This document shows positions 27,878 to 42,573 of a stretch of DNA of 64,000 bases, in pieces; the stretch's first letter is position 1; the number at the start of each line of letters is the position of its first letter. The position numbers and the translations under genes are program-made. Source of the stretch: Camelus ferus (lineage: Eukaryota); contig NC_045707.1 of the NCBI RefSeq assembly GCF_009834535.1, positions 57,662,001 through 57,726,000 of the forward strand. The letters run 5' to 3'. The notes beneath the pieces are model-generated. The model worked only from the letters and a program-made list of their open reading frames with translations, searched no databases and was not told the origin of the DNA.

Positions 27878-28479
27878 AGTTAGGGAAAGGCACAATTTAT
27901 CAACATGAAAGGACTCCCAAATGCTACCCAGGAATCTTTGGAATTTATGTGAAATAATTATCAGTCTTCAGAGTTAAGTTCCTAATACACCTGAATAAAC
28001 CAACCTGATTCTACATGTAACAGTCTTCCTTATAGCTAATGTGATTTTATTTTGCATAAAAACCTCTATTATATCTATCAATTTCCACTTACTGGAAGTC
28101 TACTCAACTGAATTAATGAAAAATGTGACTTATTCTTACAAAATGCTTCTATATTTTATTATAAACTATAATGTGACTTGTGCTATTATCTAGTAGTGGT
28201 AAAAAGAAGCTTGCAATTAGAATATATTTAGAAAGGTTCTAATGGATACTGTATCATTCTACACATTATCTGGGTAACAAATCCTTAAGGCTTGATTCTG
28301 TTTATGTTGCTAATGCTCAATAAAGTAAACTTGTCTCAAGTACTCCTTGATTACTATCAAGTCCTGATCTCGGCCTCATTCTGATGCAATTGACCAAGCA
28401 TTTAGCTGGTTTTCTTCTCATGTTCACCACTGACAAACATCGACACACTTGAAAAACATGTTGGATAAAAAGATGTATC

Positions 28480-28925
28480 TGTACCAATCTTAGAAATTTG
28501 TAACACTATGTAGCAAGATGGAGTCTTTTGGGAGAAAATGCCTTAGTGTTTGATTAGAAGACCAAGTACAGGATGAGATCTGAATGTGAAATTCAACTGG
28601 AGAGAAGTCCATAGAGAGCTGACTTTAGAGTTTTTCAAATTTTCATCTCTGTGAAATGAGTTTCCCAAAGAAATTAATTTTATTATTTGCAATGATAAAA
28701 GTGGAAAATTTACACCAAAGGAAAAATAGCTCTGCTCAATTTGGCTCTAGTCAAATTATGTATGGAATATTGTGTTCAGCAGAGAAAGATGCTCATTGAC
28801 AAATTGGGAAATATACACAGGAGAGTAATCAGTAATATGAAGGACCTGGAAACCATGACTGATGAGAAACTGAGGATGTTAAGCCTTAGGGAAACCAAGA
28901 CCATTATCTTCAAATGATTAAAAAG
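28480..28925 (+). mobile_element. CR1/L3 fragment
   Basis: cattgacaaattggga...ctggaaaccatgactgatgagaaactgaggatgttaagcct...tcttcaaat. Confidence 0.55.
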
Positions 28926-28959
28926 TTAAATCATTGTGTAGTGTTATTACTAGTGCAGA

Positions 28960-29165
28960 GACTAACATTTAAAGCTACTATGTGTCACATACGGTGCTAA
29001 ATACTTGTACCCATGTGATATCACTTCATTATAGCCCAAAGAACAGATATTATTACCTCCATTTTACAGCCATCTGTTCAAGCTCACAAAACTAGTCATA
29101 GCAGAAGTAGACTTGGAACCGATCTTCCTGATTGCAAAGCACAAACTCAAAGTCACTACAATCTA
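28960..29165 (-). mobile_element. MIR
   Basis: tattattacctccattttacag...tcacaaaactag...cttggaacc. Confidence 0.6.
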
Positions 29166-29358
29166 CTGCATGGGTCTAGAGAGGACAGGTGGGACAAACT
29201 GGCAAACATTAAAGGACAAATTTTTCAGTTCAAAATAGTTAAAGATCAGGGTAGTTTCATATTCATCTCTGTATGTTCTGGACCTATCAGAGTGTCTGGA
29301 AGTTTACAGCTACCTGATAACGCATGCCCATGAGACCATAAAGAAGAATGGCTTAAAG

Positions 29359-29899
29359 ACAAAGAAGCAACCTAAATGTCTGCTGACAGATAAATAGATC
29401 AAGAAAATGTGGTATATATATATATATATAATGGAATATTACTCAGCCATAAAAAGAATGAAATACCATTTTCAGCAACATGGATGGACCTAGATTATCA
29501 TACTAAGTGAAGTCAGACAGAGAAAAACAAATATCATATAATATCACTTACATGGAATCTAAAAAATGATAAAAATGAACATTTTCACAGGTACAGAAAA
29601 CAAACCGATGATTACCAAAGGGGAAGGGGGGGGGAGGAGGGATAAATTAGGAGTTTGGGAACCACAAGTATAACTACTATGTATAAAGCAGATAAACAAC
29701 AAGGATCTACTTTACAGCACAGGGAATCATATCCAACATCTTATAATAACCTATAATGGAAAGGAATCTGAAAAAGAATAGATATACATGTATGCATACT
29801 GAATCACTTTGCTGTACACCTGGAACTAACACAACATTGTAAATCAACTATACTTCAATAAAAATTAAATTAAATTAAAACTAAAAAAAAAAAAAAAAA
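29359..29899 (+). mobile_element. 5'-truncated L1 3' end with poly(A) tail
   Basis: 3'UTR tgaatcactttgctgtacacctggaactaacacaacattgtaaatcaactatacttcaataaaa, A tail, perfect 15-bp TSD aagaatggcttaaag at 29344-29358 and 29900-29914. Confidence 0.95.
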
Positions 29900-30148
29900 A
29901 AGAATGGCTTAAAGCTTATAGAATAGGAGCCCCTTTGTGGTAGTAAACATGCTATTGTCAGAGTTGATCAAATATTTTATCAGAGGCTGGATTCCCAATC
30001 ATTTATTAGGCATGTCACAGATGAGATTCATATATGTTTGGAAGTTGAAATAAAGGTCCTCAAACTCTGATATTAAATCTTCTAATGTATTTTTAAGTAA
30101 TATCCTTAAATCTGGAAGGATTATTCCAATACAAAACAGTGCAGAAAC

Positions 30149-30654
30149 TGCAGTGGATAGGTTCTCATGTGGGTGTCCCATCATCCCTACCTCCTGTTGT
30201 TCATGCATTCATATAAACCCCTTCCTCTGGGTGGGAACTATGATTTGCATCTAACCAATGGAATGAGGCAAAGGGATGGGACTCCACCCCCATAATTACA
30301 TTGCATTCTATAGACCCTGCTTGCTGGCTTGATGAAGTAAACGGCCATGGTGGGAAAGTTCCTGTGGCAAGAAACTGTGGGAGATCTCTATGAGCTAGAA
30401 CTAAGGGTAGTCTCTAGCCAAAAGGCCAGCAAGAATCTAGGGCCCTTGGTTCTACAGGCAAAAGGAAATTAAATCTGCTCAAAATCTGAGTGACCATGGA
30501 AGTGGATTCTTCCCCAGTCAAACCTCCAGATGAGAATACAGTATAGTAAGCCCCCTGATTGCACTGGGACTCCTGACCCACAGAAACTGAGATAGTAAAT
30601 ATGAGTTGTTTCAAGCTTGTGGCAAATGGTTATAGCACAATGGAAAACTAAAGT
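30149..30654 (+). mobile_element. MaLR solo LTR (MLT1-type)
   Basis: tgctggcttgatgaagtaaacggccatg, ggattcttccccagtcaaacctccagatgagaa, tcctgacccacagaaactgagat...atggaaaactaa. Confidence 0.85.
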
Positions 30655-31799
30655 AGTAAGCTAACAGAAATAGTCCAGGCAAGAGACTATGCAATCCTTA
30701 GGTGCAGTGGGGACACAGTAATAAAATATACAAGTATGAAGGTCACACTCTGGAGGCAGAAGTAACTGGTGTTAACACTGATTATACTTAGCATTCAGTA
30801 GCTAGTCAATGTCAGAGGTAACCCCAAAGTTTCAAGCCCTCATGAAGAGAGGATAATGGCTATCCAAAAAGAGAGACATCAAGCACATAAAAATGCCATC
30901 AACGCCTCCCAAATGCCTAGGCAATGACCTCCAGATCAGAGCCGTGTGGTGTGCCCAGTCCAAGGGGTTAGGGAATTCTAAGACTGTTATTTGGTATCTG
31001 GGCTTCAAGTCAGCCTCTCTCCAGGTCTTGTTCTTGACCAATGAAACTATTAATTGCCTGAGCAGACTTTCTTCTTGTGTGTCCTGTGGGAGATGTTACA
31101 GGTCTCCATCACTGTCCCAGGATCTCTGCCTGTCCTTCATTCCAACTTCATCTTCTCTTTCCGATCATGAACCAAGTACTATTAACCCCCACCAAAATTC
31201 TTGTTTTGTTTGGTTTTATGGGGGAAAATGAGTTTAAATGCGATGAGCCCTGGCAGAACCTCTCCAGAAATGGTTGTTATTAAGAATGCAGAGTGTCAGA
31301 GAGAAAAATCATTATGGAAAACAGGCCAAAAGAGTCACGCAAATAGGATGCAGTGGTTGAAACAGTGAGGCCATCAAAAGAATGTGTAATGAGATGGCTG
31401 AAAACATAAGTCTCTGGAATACCTTTATAAAGGAGTTAGAATGTTGTAAAAGAGCTGGCTTTTCACTTTCTTCATTTTTCTTCACACGAGGCCAACATCT
31501 TGCAAAGTCACAGTAAATCAAGGTGGGGGAAGTGTTCGGGAGAAAATGGTTGTGTCAAAAGCTGGAAGGTGGGAGTCAGAGGGATGCATTTTGGAGGAGA
31601 CAGGGAAGATGAGGACAGTTAAAAATATACAACCACTTTTCTGACACTTATGAGGTCACCAGTTACTTCTAATAAGATTTCAGGAATTTAAAGAATTTTT
31701 GAGACAGGATGTAGAGGCCACACTTTGAGAAGCCAAATAATGAATGGAAGAGTCCTGATCCTACTCCAAGGTCAAGAAAAAGGGTCATAAATGAACACA

Positions 31800-31980
31800 C
31801 TAAGCAGAGGCTTTACCTGTTATCTCTTTACTCCTCACTGTATGAGGTGGATATATAAGTTCTGCTTTACAAATGAGGGCACTAAGTCTCCAGAAGTTGA
31901 CTTTCCAAGGTCACAGACCTAGAAAGGGCAGAGCCAGGGCTAGGATCCTGGTTCATTTGGATTTGAGCCTCTGCCATATG
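31800..31980 (-). mobile_element. MIR
   Basis: tttacaaatgagggcactaag...gactttccaaggtcacag...ggcagagccaggg. Confidence 0.7.
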
Positions 31981-32199
31981 TGTCTCCTCACATCAACCTC
32001 CTGCAAGTTCAACTTAAACACCAATCACATGGGGATGTAGAAATATCAGTAATGGACCTGATGTAATGAAGAAAGATATCATCATGGAAATAAAGAGGAG
32101 TATAATGTCTCCTTTTATTGAGCGAGGATAAGGAAATTAATATTGAGTCCCAAGGAGGGTGAAAGGTCCAATGCCATGATCATCCTTACAAAAGGTCAC

Positions 32200-32440
32200 A
32201 ATTATTTAACATGAGACTTACTATATGCCAGGTAGAGTTCTAAGCTCTTTATACACATTAACCCATTAAATCCTCCTTAACCACCCTGTGTTACAGGGAC
32301 TCTTATAGTCCCTACCTTAGAGAAGAAAGTGAAGTTCAGAGAGGTCAGGCCAACTTTCTCAAGGTTAAACCATTCGTAAGAGCAAAACCAAGGCTTAAAC
32401 CTAAGCATTCCGTCCCCTAGGTTTGCACACACAACCTCTC
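32200..32440 (-). mobile_element. MIR
   Basis: cttactatatgccagg...agaagaaagtgaagttcagagagg. Confidence 0.7.
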
Positions 32441-33825
32441 TCCTGTACAGCCCAGTAAGTAACCAAATCAGAGTATAAATCCAGATCAGTACAATACCAA
32501 AACTCATGTTCTCTCTACTATGTCACAGGGATTGCAGAGCATATAGATAGAGGCAGAATCACAAAGAAGTATTTCTAGAATCTCTTAGTTTCAAGAGAAA
32601 AAACAGGTTTGGCTGGCCATTCAAGAGATGTCATTGGCAGAAGTGCGAGACCTGTCACCTGGTCCTAAAAAAGCAACGTATCTAATTTAAGGCCTTCTCA
32701 GCAGGAGCAGAGGGTTAAGCTTTCAAAGCCCTTTGCCGGAGTTGTCAACTAAAGTATCAGAGAAAGCATGACTCAGCGTCTTCTGCACAAAGGAATGGAG
32801 TCAGCATTGGATTAAAGTTTAACCCTGGGACAGAGATGTCAAACAACTTGGAGCAAGAACTCCTGGGTGGCCAGAGTGCACTGAGCATATAATAAGGTCA
32901 ACTTCTAGGTAGGGGACAGAAATGGAGGAAGGCTGGGACTAGGAATAGATGGACCACTGTGTGTGGGGAAAACTAACAGCACAGTTAAAAGAAGCAGGGA
33001 TTCTGGACCAAAAGACCAAATTAGGAAGCCAACTGCTAAATAACCATCAGGTAGTGCCTCCAAGGTGCAGTGATTGACACACTCACTGGTCCTAAGTATG
33101 TTTATTTTTTGTGTGCCCCGGGAGCTGCCAATATCTGGATATGACTAGTCTGGAATCTTAGAGGAAATTCACAGATGAACTGCTGGCTGGGTGAGGTGAA
33201 TGAAGGCAATGGAGGAAAATCTGCTTGTATTTTCTAATGGAAACAAAGGGGAGGAAAAGACTTTCAGGGTGAACAGAAGCAAACACATTGTCCTCTTGTA
33301 CCTCTGAACTGACTTCATCTCTCTTACTTATTTGATTTCTTTAATCAAATGTGCATTGGTTTTTTTGTTTGTTTGTTTTAAATGAGGCCACTTTGAGAAA
33401 TTTGGCTTCCTAAGACTAAATAGGACAAATCATTTGTCAACAACAGCAACTAAAATCATTGTGTCTTTCTTGGGCAACTGTTCAAAATTGCAAACACAGC
33501 CTTAGAATGAGGATTTAAATCATAACAGGAGTTTCCAAACAATTCATTAACTTAATTACCATAATAACCATTACTTAAGGAAGTAACTTTAATCCCGCTG
33601 AATTACTCAATTAACATTTTTCAGATGCTGAAAAAGAATAATAGCACTGAACTAATAGTCTATGTCCTAAAATGAAATATGATTGAGCTAGATTATCTAC
33701 ATGCCTAAATTCACTTCACTTGAACTTTGAAGCTTGTCAAATATTCTGGTGGCAAATCTTCAAAGTTATCTGGGCCAGAACCAAGTAGAAAGGGCTCACC
33801 AAGTAATGAAATTAAAGTGCAGTAC

Positions 33826-33998
33826 CTCATCTTTCCCTGTGAGCAAAGTATCTTCCAAAATTACTCCTGTCTCTGAAACTAGTACTTTTACTCTGTACTG
33901 GTTAATAATTCCATTTGGTTGTCGTGGTTTCTTCCAAGTAATTCTTATTTGCGTGGCTTCTACTTCTGCAACCTGTAAGCCAAACACCACACCAGGAA
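33826..33998 (-). CDS. PTPRQ: Coding exon 9
   Basis: ttttcag|, |gtactg, 173 nt, phase 1-0: [38 protein letters not shown]...LTGKDE. Confidence 0.94.
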
Positions 33999-36195
33999 CT
34001 GAAAAACAAAATAAGGAGAGGGAAAATTAAAAATACACTCTCAAATTTTTAAAATTCTCTACATTCTTTGTTCATGATTTAAGATATGTAAGCACTTCTA
34101 TTAGAAAATAGACTAAAACAATTTACTTATTTATTAATAATTAAAAATATATAAGATTCTTTAAGTATACAAATATTTAAAGTTAAATTTCTACACATTG
34201 TTCTAAAAAAATGTACATAAGAAATAGGATAGCGTGGAATAATTTCCCCAAATCAAAATGTCGTAACACTTGTTCAAAACAAATTAACAAAAATAACTTC
34301 CCAGAGAAAGTTGTTTATGGATGATTAATGTCCAGTAGAAATCTTGAAGGCTTTATAATAATTATAACATACAAAAAATATCCAGAACACTTTGAATGTA
34401 ATACCATGTAGTTGGTAAATTCAGTTAAGCTAGTTTAATTTTATTACATAAAATTATTTAAAAAGTTGACTGATTGCTGATTTTACAAATTAATTATGTG
34501 ACTCAGATTTCAGGTGCCCTCACTCTTTGCAATAGAAAGAAAAAGAGGGAAAGAGTAACAATGGATTTAAGATGAAGTACCAAGTACTTAAACAAGTTCT
34601 CATTTGAAAGTCACTGAGTGGTGATCATTTTGTAATGTATAATAGTATCAAATCACTATGTTGTACATCAGAAACTAATATAATATTGCAAGCCAATTAT
34701 ACATACATACATACATACATATTTGTCACCAAGTGCAACATCTAGGAAAACAGTGCCACAAAATAATGAACCAAAAATAAAGCTGCTCTGGGCTTTTGTC
34801 CATTTTTTGTATATAGATCAGTTTGTGATTATAAATAGCTAATTCACCCCTCTATCTTTAGTTTTCTTATCTATAAATGGGTGTTATATTGGTCCTATCA
34901 CTATACCAGGTTATTATAAGAAACAAATGGTTCAAATGACTTTACAAAATGTTGGTTCAAGAAAGAAAAAATGTGACATAAAAGTATTATCCCTTATGAT
35001 TACAATGTGGTACATATTAAACTCATTTTCTTAAGCTGAGATATTTCACAGTAGTATGTTTAGTAAATTCCACCTAGAAGAGGAGTGATACATTAGGGGT
35101 ATAATACAAATGAAAAATGACTCTGTTCTTTAAGGTAACAGAAAGGAACTGAAAATTTGTATCACAATTCATGTAAGTATTATTTATAATAATGAACCTA
35201 ATTATGCTTAAGTAAACCACACAGTAAACTGTATGGAGTTTTCATCCAATAGATTGAATTGTTTCTTTGTTAATGTGTCTCTACAAAGTAACCAGTAAAA
35301 AAAAAAAAAAAAAAAAAAAAGAAGCCTCCTAGATATGGTACCAATATAAATAATTCCAAATATTTGTTCAATAGTTAATGGCTAGATGGATAAATAAGTC
35401 ATTCTGGACTGACCATATTATTTGATTACTGCGGTCAAGTTTCCAGTGTCCATTATGGAGAAAACCTGGGCTCAAACCTGAGAAATAAACATGGGTACAC
35501 CTCTAATTTGCTTATTCTTGGAATTCTCTTTTTTTCTAAAAACATTTTGGTATATCTCCATATAGAAGGATTTCCCCACAGGTGTTCTAATCTGAAAAAA
35601 AAAAAAAACTGTTTGACCTCTTTGAAGGATGGAGGAAGAGTTGTAGGCTAGGACCCTACCATTCCTGATTGATTCATTCATCATTCAACAGAGTGAGCAT
35701 TCATCTTATGGTCACCATTCTAGGCACTTGAGGGTAGAGGGAGGAATAAGACAGAATAAGTCCTTTGCACAGGCTACCTCTTATACAAGTTTTATTTCAT
35801 TAACATATATTTTCCTAAAGCTTATGTTTCTACCATCATATTTACCAATATACTTTTTCAAGAGGAGAGGAACTTTCCAATTAACAGTGTAGTGTGAAAA
35901 TAACACAGCCATTTAAACACAAAGGTCCAATTCTACCTTTCCTTCACATTGTATTTTAGGATAGCTATGCAGACAGTTTTAGTCAGTACTGCATAACATA
36001 AATCATAAAGGAGATTTGGCATTTTTCCACTGAATTTGAGCTTATGTAGAATCTCAACTAAAGATGCCAATTTAATGACTACATTGATCAGATTAATCAG
36101 GTAACTCAACTCTGTCTACTATACAATGAATTGGTCAGTTTCATGTGATGCAACAAAATAATGTAGTAGGATACCAAAAATTACCCAGCAGATCA

Positions 36196-36197
<2 letters not shown>

Positions 36198-36248
<51 letters not shown>
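36198..36248. repeat. (TA)n microsatellite, about 25 units
   Basis: Perfect TA run. Confidence 0.97.
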
Positions 36249-36254
<6 letters not shown>

Positions 36255-39200
36255 ACTTGGTAAGTATTGCCCCATGACAGTAATGCCTAAAATTACAATC
36301 CAAGTAAAGGTTAAGTGGTTCTATATTACCCAAAAAATGGATTCCAAACTTGTGTAAGAATGACTGCAAACTTCTTTCACTTTCTTTTTTTTTTTTTAAC
36401 AAAAGAAAAAGCCTAGAGAATAAAGGAAATGGGAGTAGACAGTATTGTATCTTGTCTTTAGAAAGACACTCGATATGTTACACCACAAATTCTTATGGAG
36501 AAACCAGAGAAGTGTGGATTAGATCAAACTCCTTTAATATTGATACCAAATTAACTAAAGAAAATCAAACACACAAGGCAATTATTCATGGTTCAGCCTC
36601 AGTTCTGAAGGTGTTGTCCATGGGGACTACCTAAGAATCATTCTCAAGTCAACACATCTATAAATTTTACTAGTAAATGAGAAACAGAGGATACATATAA
36701 TTGGTACAACGTAACTCAAATAACTAAGTTTTCAAATGAAAAACTCCTTAAAAAAATGAAATAGAGACAAATGGCACAGGGTAAAGAAAATGCATTAAAA
36801 TAATTTTTGCCATTATCTAGCAAATTAAACTTCCATTAGAAGTGCATTTTAAAAAAATCTACTGAAAAAATAAGTCATAGAGCATCCTGAAAAACACAAA
36901 GCTGACAAGTCTCTCAGTGATTTCCCTACAAAGATGCTACTACTATTTGCAGAAAGTAGCAAGTTGACATCAGTGAGGACAAAAGTCTTCACATCCATAG
37001 TCTTCTTATAGAGGAGTAAATATGGATTTCACTATTTTGTTTTTAAGAAATGGTAACCTCCTTAAAAGATATTTGACACTAATTACAGAGAAGTTTAAGG
37101 GGATACTGAACCAGCAAATTTTACATAAGATTTTTTAATCCCCAAATAATAAGAAAATGCTGTTGCCTATATTATATTCAGCAACACTGGCTCATTTTGG
37201 AGTGGGCAACTCTGCTATTTTATACCTTTAGAGATGATTAAATTGCCAAATTTTGTAAAATCTTCTCTTCTTCATGCCTATGTAGAAATCTGTTCAGTAA
37301 AATATTAAGGGGTAAGTAGAAACCTTACAAAATGCATAGGATAACTGCTTTAACAACAGCATGTTGATTTTCTTTGATAATCAAAGTAGACTGTGGACCG
37401 TAACAATCTCAGTGTTAATAAAATCAGCCCCATTATAATATGTTGACACATATTTTCTATTAGAAATCAACTCTATTTTTCTATGACTATCTGAAGATTT
37501 CTTAGAACCCCAGTTGTTTTAAAATATGTTAATTTAAAAGCTGATCCTAATTAATTTTTAAATACACTATAGACTACTTTTAAATATGGAGAAGAAAATA
37601 GAGCAACTTCAATTAGAATATAAAGAACCCTGCTGTATTAAGGAATGAAAAGAAAAATCTAAAATTATAGTATCAATTTTAATTGAAAGTGCAGAGTTCT
37701 AATGAGTTATTAGATTGTTCTCATGTAGCTTAAAGACTACTTTAATGCAAAGTTTTAATTAGTGGGACCAGGATTAATTACTGCTGTCAGAGCCTACAGT
37801 CCACTGAAATTCCTCCTAAGACTGAACCACCCCTGAGAACTCCGCCGGGAGGAGGCTGGCATGCAGAGGGAAGAACTGCGCCTCTCCTGCCCTTCTAGAA
37901 GCCCACCTGCTGCCAGGGGGTCCTCCTGAGAGCCACCTGGATGGGGTCTATCCGGTGAGTAGCTCAGGAGACAGTATGAAAAAACTTAGGATAAGCTGCT
38001 CGCTATGCAGGGCGAATAGTTATCTATTCAAAATAATTTGGTGTGAAAAATAATGTGAAATATATTGAACTATGTCCTTAGAATTCTACTTATTATTTTG
38101 TCAGGAAAAAATAAAGGGAAAGAGACATTTAAGTGATATCCAAAATAAACAACACAGCATCATACGTGGCAATGTGTTATCTATTTCCCTGTTTTTGTCA
38201 AATGCTGTAGGCGAAGAATAATGACAATGAAACAAAAATCTTAAACTGTGGGTTCAGCTGAGGAGCACCAAAATCAGCTTGACCCGAAAGAAGACTGGAT
38301 TTTAGTTACATAACATGAGAATAGAAATTAGTTGGTCAATTGGGTTGTCTGAGAAAATGTTATTAAAACCAAAGTCAAGGGCTCTAGTTTGCTGAGGGTC
38401 AGGTTGCGTTGTGGTGTTTGATAGCCACCCATAAATCTGCCTAGATTTCTTGAAAATGAAGAGCAGGTTCAGGTGGAGATGGGGGACACTTAAAGTCTAA
38501 TGGAGAAGACATATAATGCTAAGACTCTTCTGAGAGAAACGGAATGGAAAAAATTTGATTTGAAAATATAAGAACATTTGGCTTATGAGTGTGCATCTCT
38601 TTTTTAATCTGTGTATTGAAACTATATACACATTAAGATTTTCATTTCAGATCGATATAACTTTTACATTCTTTTAACAGCAAAATGCTATCAGCGGTTA
38701 ATTGTTCTTTGAAAAGAGAAGAGGACAAAATTCCCTAATAGTTGCTGCCCTCTCATGGTCAAACACTTGAATGATTTATCTGATGACGTTACTCCCAGTC
38801 TTGTGTGTGTTGGTGTGCAGGTGCCTATGTGCACACGTGTGTATTTAATTCACATGTTACTATATGTTAGCTATCACACAAACAAAATCTGAAAACTTTT
38901 TCAAGTTTTAGTGTAATTGTAAAGAAAATACTGTATTCTCAATAATTACAATCTACAATAATTGCAATCTTACAATTAAATAGAAATGACAGCACTGAGC
39001 AAGCTTGGTGTGGGCCCAGAAAACAGGTTGCGCCATGGTATGGTGACATTTTTTTTAAACACTACAATTTTCCTAAAACTGTGATCTTTAATATACACAA
39101 ATAAAAAATTTCTTTGGGAGAATTTTTTTAAATAATTTCAGTCTAGGCTGGTAAATTTGTATTATGCACCTTCCAGGAATCACCCCTTGCTTAGAATGTC

Positions 39201-39605
39201 CTTGTGATTATAAATATACTTTATTATAGTCATTGTGGGATATATGGATTCCTCTGAACATTATTATGTTGGAAAATAGTCTATGTTAACTAATATGGGT
39301 TAAATCATGTTAAAGGTGTTTATTTGTTTAAGTCTTCTTGAGATTTTGCCAATATTGATTGTGAATCATGTAGGCTGATACTGCACTTCATGGTTCCTAA
39401 TCTTAGTTGATCTTTGGTCTCTCTTATTCTGAAGCACGCTATGGGTTTAATCTTCTGAGGAACACACGTTCAGAATGTATTAGGGAGCAGTCTGATGAGG
39501 AAATAACACGAATTGGGTAAATATAAACCAAGTAGATTCTAATATAACGTTTAACCAACCAATGCAATAATATTCTCATTAACACACTAAAGGAGATATT
39601 CTTAC

Positions 39606-39752
39606 CTTCTGGAGGAGTAAAGACTGAAATATTTGACTTGGGTCCAATCCCTGCACTGGTTTCAGCTGCAACATACACGTCATACATTGTAAATGGTATT
39701 AGATTACTGAATGCAAATTTAAGGTCTTTTGTGCTATTATCCAAAATCCGAC
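39606..39752 (-). CDS. PTPRQ: Coding exon 8
   Basis: ttttgcag|, |gtaag, 147 nt, phase 1-1: [48 protein letters not shown]. Confidence 0.95.
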
Positions 39753-40149
39753 CTGCAAAACGCAAAAGATAACTTTGGATTATTTATTCATCAAGTATGT
39801 AATCATTCTCACATTTAAGTACAGAGCAATTATAGTGTTAACCTTTGTTATGAAAATTTTAAGAGTGAATATATTTTAAACATTTAGCTCTCATAGTATT
39901 GCATTGATGTCAATTTAATTAAACTGGAAAAAACATGAAAATCTTCCTGTGTTTAAAAATACTTTTACATAATCATAAGGCGCTGTTGAACTACAACTTT
40001 ATTTTTGACATATTTAAAAGGGACACATTAGTTTTTACCAACATAAAACAGTAACAATGTTTGATACTCAAATTCATTTAATTAAAATGCTAATAGTCTC
40101 ATTATCTGCTATAAAAAGATATACTGAGAAAATTTCTCTATTAGCTTCT

Positions 40150-41570
40150 AAGCAAAATTCCTTAAATCTCAACCTTACCTCTGAAGAGTTCTTTCACCTT
40201 CTTGCTCTAACTTAAACCCGGTTCCACCTTAAGAACGCTGCTGCTGTTCCCTGCAGCCAACCCAAATAGTGACAGTCTATTTTTCCCCAGAGCCCTCAAG
40301 TGACTAGGCGCTCAGGTGTGGTATATGTTCCCCTTGCTCCTCAGTGCCCTGTCATAGACTATTCTGGCTCCCTCCATAGAAAAGCTCACAGCTGCAGCTC
40401 TCATGTCATCAATGACATCCACCAACTCTCGTGGTTGTAGTCATCTTCCAATCCCGGGGTCACCCACCCTCATTCTGGATGGTTTAGCTCCTGCTTCGAT
40501 GTCACTTTCTTCAATGCTGCCATCTGAATATGTGATGATTTCAATACCCCTGGAGAGAATCCTTAAACCATTCCAAGCTCTCCTTAAATAATCTAGTCCT
40601 CCACCCTATCTCAGTCACTCCCTCATGGTCATAAATTAGACTGTGCTGTTACCAGTAACTGCAAATCCTCCATTATCTCAATTTCATGTAGCTGTCCCTG
40701 ACCACGCTTCCTATCTCCTGCTCACTTATTCTAGAAGCCAGAACCAACAATTTTTCAGTCCCCCAGGACCTCCAACTCATTTATCTTACTACTTATTTTA
40801 TTTGGTTTGGTTCCTCACCACTTGATGTCCACTCTTCATCCAGCCTCAATGTCATTGTCAATAATAATCACTGCCTTACCTAAGCCCTCTCTTAATGAAG
40901 GGAGCTGGAGAAAAACACAAATCTGCTCTGACTGATATCACTTAATTCATCCCCATGCTTGAGCTCTAAATGGTGCCCAGCACTTCACTCAACTTCACTA
41001 GGGCAGTCACTCTCTACTCTTCTAGATGAACATTTACACTTTCTCTTCCCAGTTGATGGTCTTGCTTCTCATTACACTGGAAAAATTAATCATACCTATT
41101 TATAGCATCGGCACCCATAGACTCTGCCTCACAACCTGTTACAATGGACAAAGCATCTGTATTCTTATCTCAAACCATTCCCTACATTTGAGCCAAAGAT
41201 CTCATTTTCTGCCTACACGAAAACATCTTTCCAATAATTCTTGCCTTTTTACATCGTTTTTTCCTTTTTTCTTTATTCCCATCAGCAAACAAACATGCTT
41301 TGTTTCCTCTGAAAAGAAAACCTGTTAGCTCTGCTTACCTCCACTCCCAATCCCCACTTCCATTCACTGCTTCATTTTGCAGCAAAACTCAAAAGAGTTG
41401 TCCATCACCCACTGCTCCAATGCTCTTCTCCCATCCTTTCTTAAATCTACTCCGATCAGGCATTTACCCCACATACTGCATCATAACTGCTCTTGTTAAG
41501 ATCACTAATGACTTCCATGTTGCTAAATATGATAGCTGCTAGATGCATCTTACTTGACTTATCAGCCTCA
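40150..41570 (+). mobile_element. Decayed L2 ORF2 fragment
   Basis: actgctcttgttaagatcactaatgacttccatgttgctaaat, catggtcataaattagac. Confidence 0.65.
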
Positions 41571-41864
41571 CAGACAAAAGAGGAAGTTTTAGAAAATAAT
41601 CCCAAATAGAAAAGGTGTGTCTGGGTATCCATGTGTGTCTGCATATTGAAGCAAGAGGGGAAAAAAAAAGACCAGCATGTTTTAGGTCTACAATTATTTC
41701 GGAATTTTAAGAGCATAAGGTAATTAGGGATGAGAAATAAAGGTTACTCGTGTAATTCATGATAGATCCCTGGAAGTTTTAAAATGAGTAATCTGGACCT
41801 TCATCTATTTTTCCATTCTTCCAAGTAAATGATAATATGTTAGCATATGTTATTTCATTATTCA

Positions 41865-42260
41865 CAGAGCCATAGAACCTCAGATTACAAAAGAATTTTA
41901 GAGTTTACTTAATTAACTTAGAACAATAGTTTATGAATCCCTCAAAATATCTGGCAAGTGGATGTCCAGCTCCTGCTTCTTTATAAAGATTAACTGCTAT
42001 ATTATAAAGTTGCCCATATAGTTTTTAGAGAGCTCCAATTATTAGAAATGGTTTCCTTATTCTAAGTAGAAATCTGATTTAATATAACCAAGCCCATTGT
42101 TCTTCATAAATCTATTTGCAATCAGAGTAAGTCAAAGTCCTCCTGTTCAAATATTTGAAGACATGTATCTCCTCTAACACTTCTCTTCTTGAGGAGTTAT
42201 CTCTTGTTCTTTCAGCTCTTTGTCATGAAATATGGAACATGGACAGTGTTTTACCATCCT
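41865..42260 (-). mobile_element. CR1/L3 3' fragment
   Basis: gtggatgtccagctcctgctt, ttagaaatggtttccttattctaag, ttcaaatatttgaagaca. Confidence 0.55.
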
Positions 42261-42444
42261 TACAGATACTTATGGTTTTAAACAAAAAGTTCAGAGAGCC
42301 TCACCTTCCTTATTAGTTTTCTATTATTCGCTTTAATTACAGGGTCTTCTATAAAGAGTTTTATACTGAAAAAGTTTGATAATAGTAACTTATTTTATAT
42401 AATTTTTACTCCAAATGGTAAACACAAAACTGATTAATACTTAC

Positions 42445-42573
42445 CTGATGGTCCATATAATTCAACTCTGTAACTAAATTTTCCTGTTACTATAGTTGGT
42501 GGGTCCCATGAAATTGAAAAGGACTTCCCTGTAATGTTGCCTGTTATACAGTTTTGTGGTGGTCCTTCAGGCA
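42445..42573 (-). CDS. PTPRQ: Coding exon 7
   Basis: ttttag|, |gtaagt, 129 nt, phase 1-1: [42 protein letters not shown]. Confidence 0.95.
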
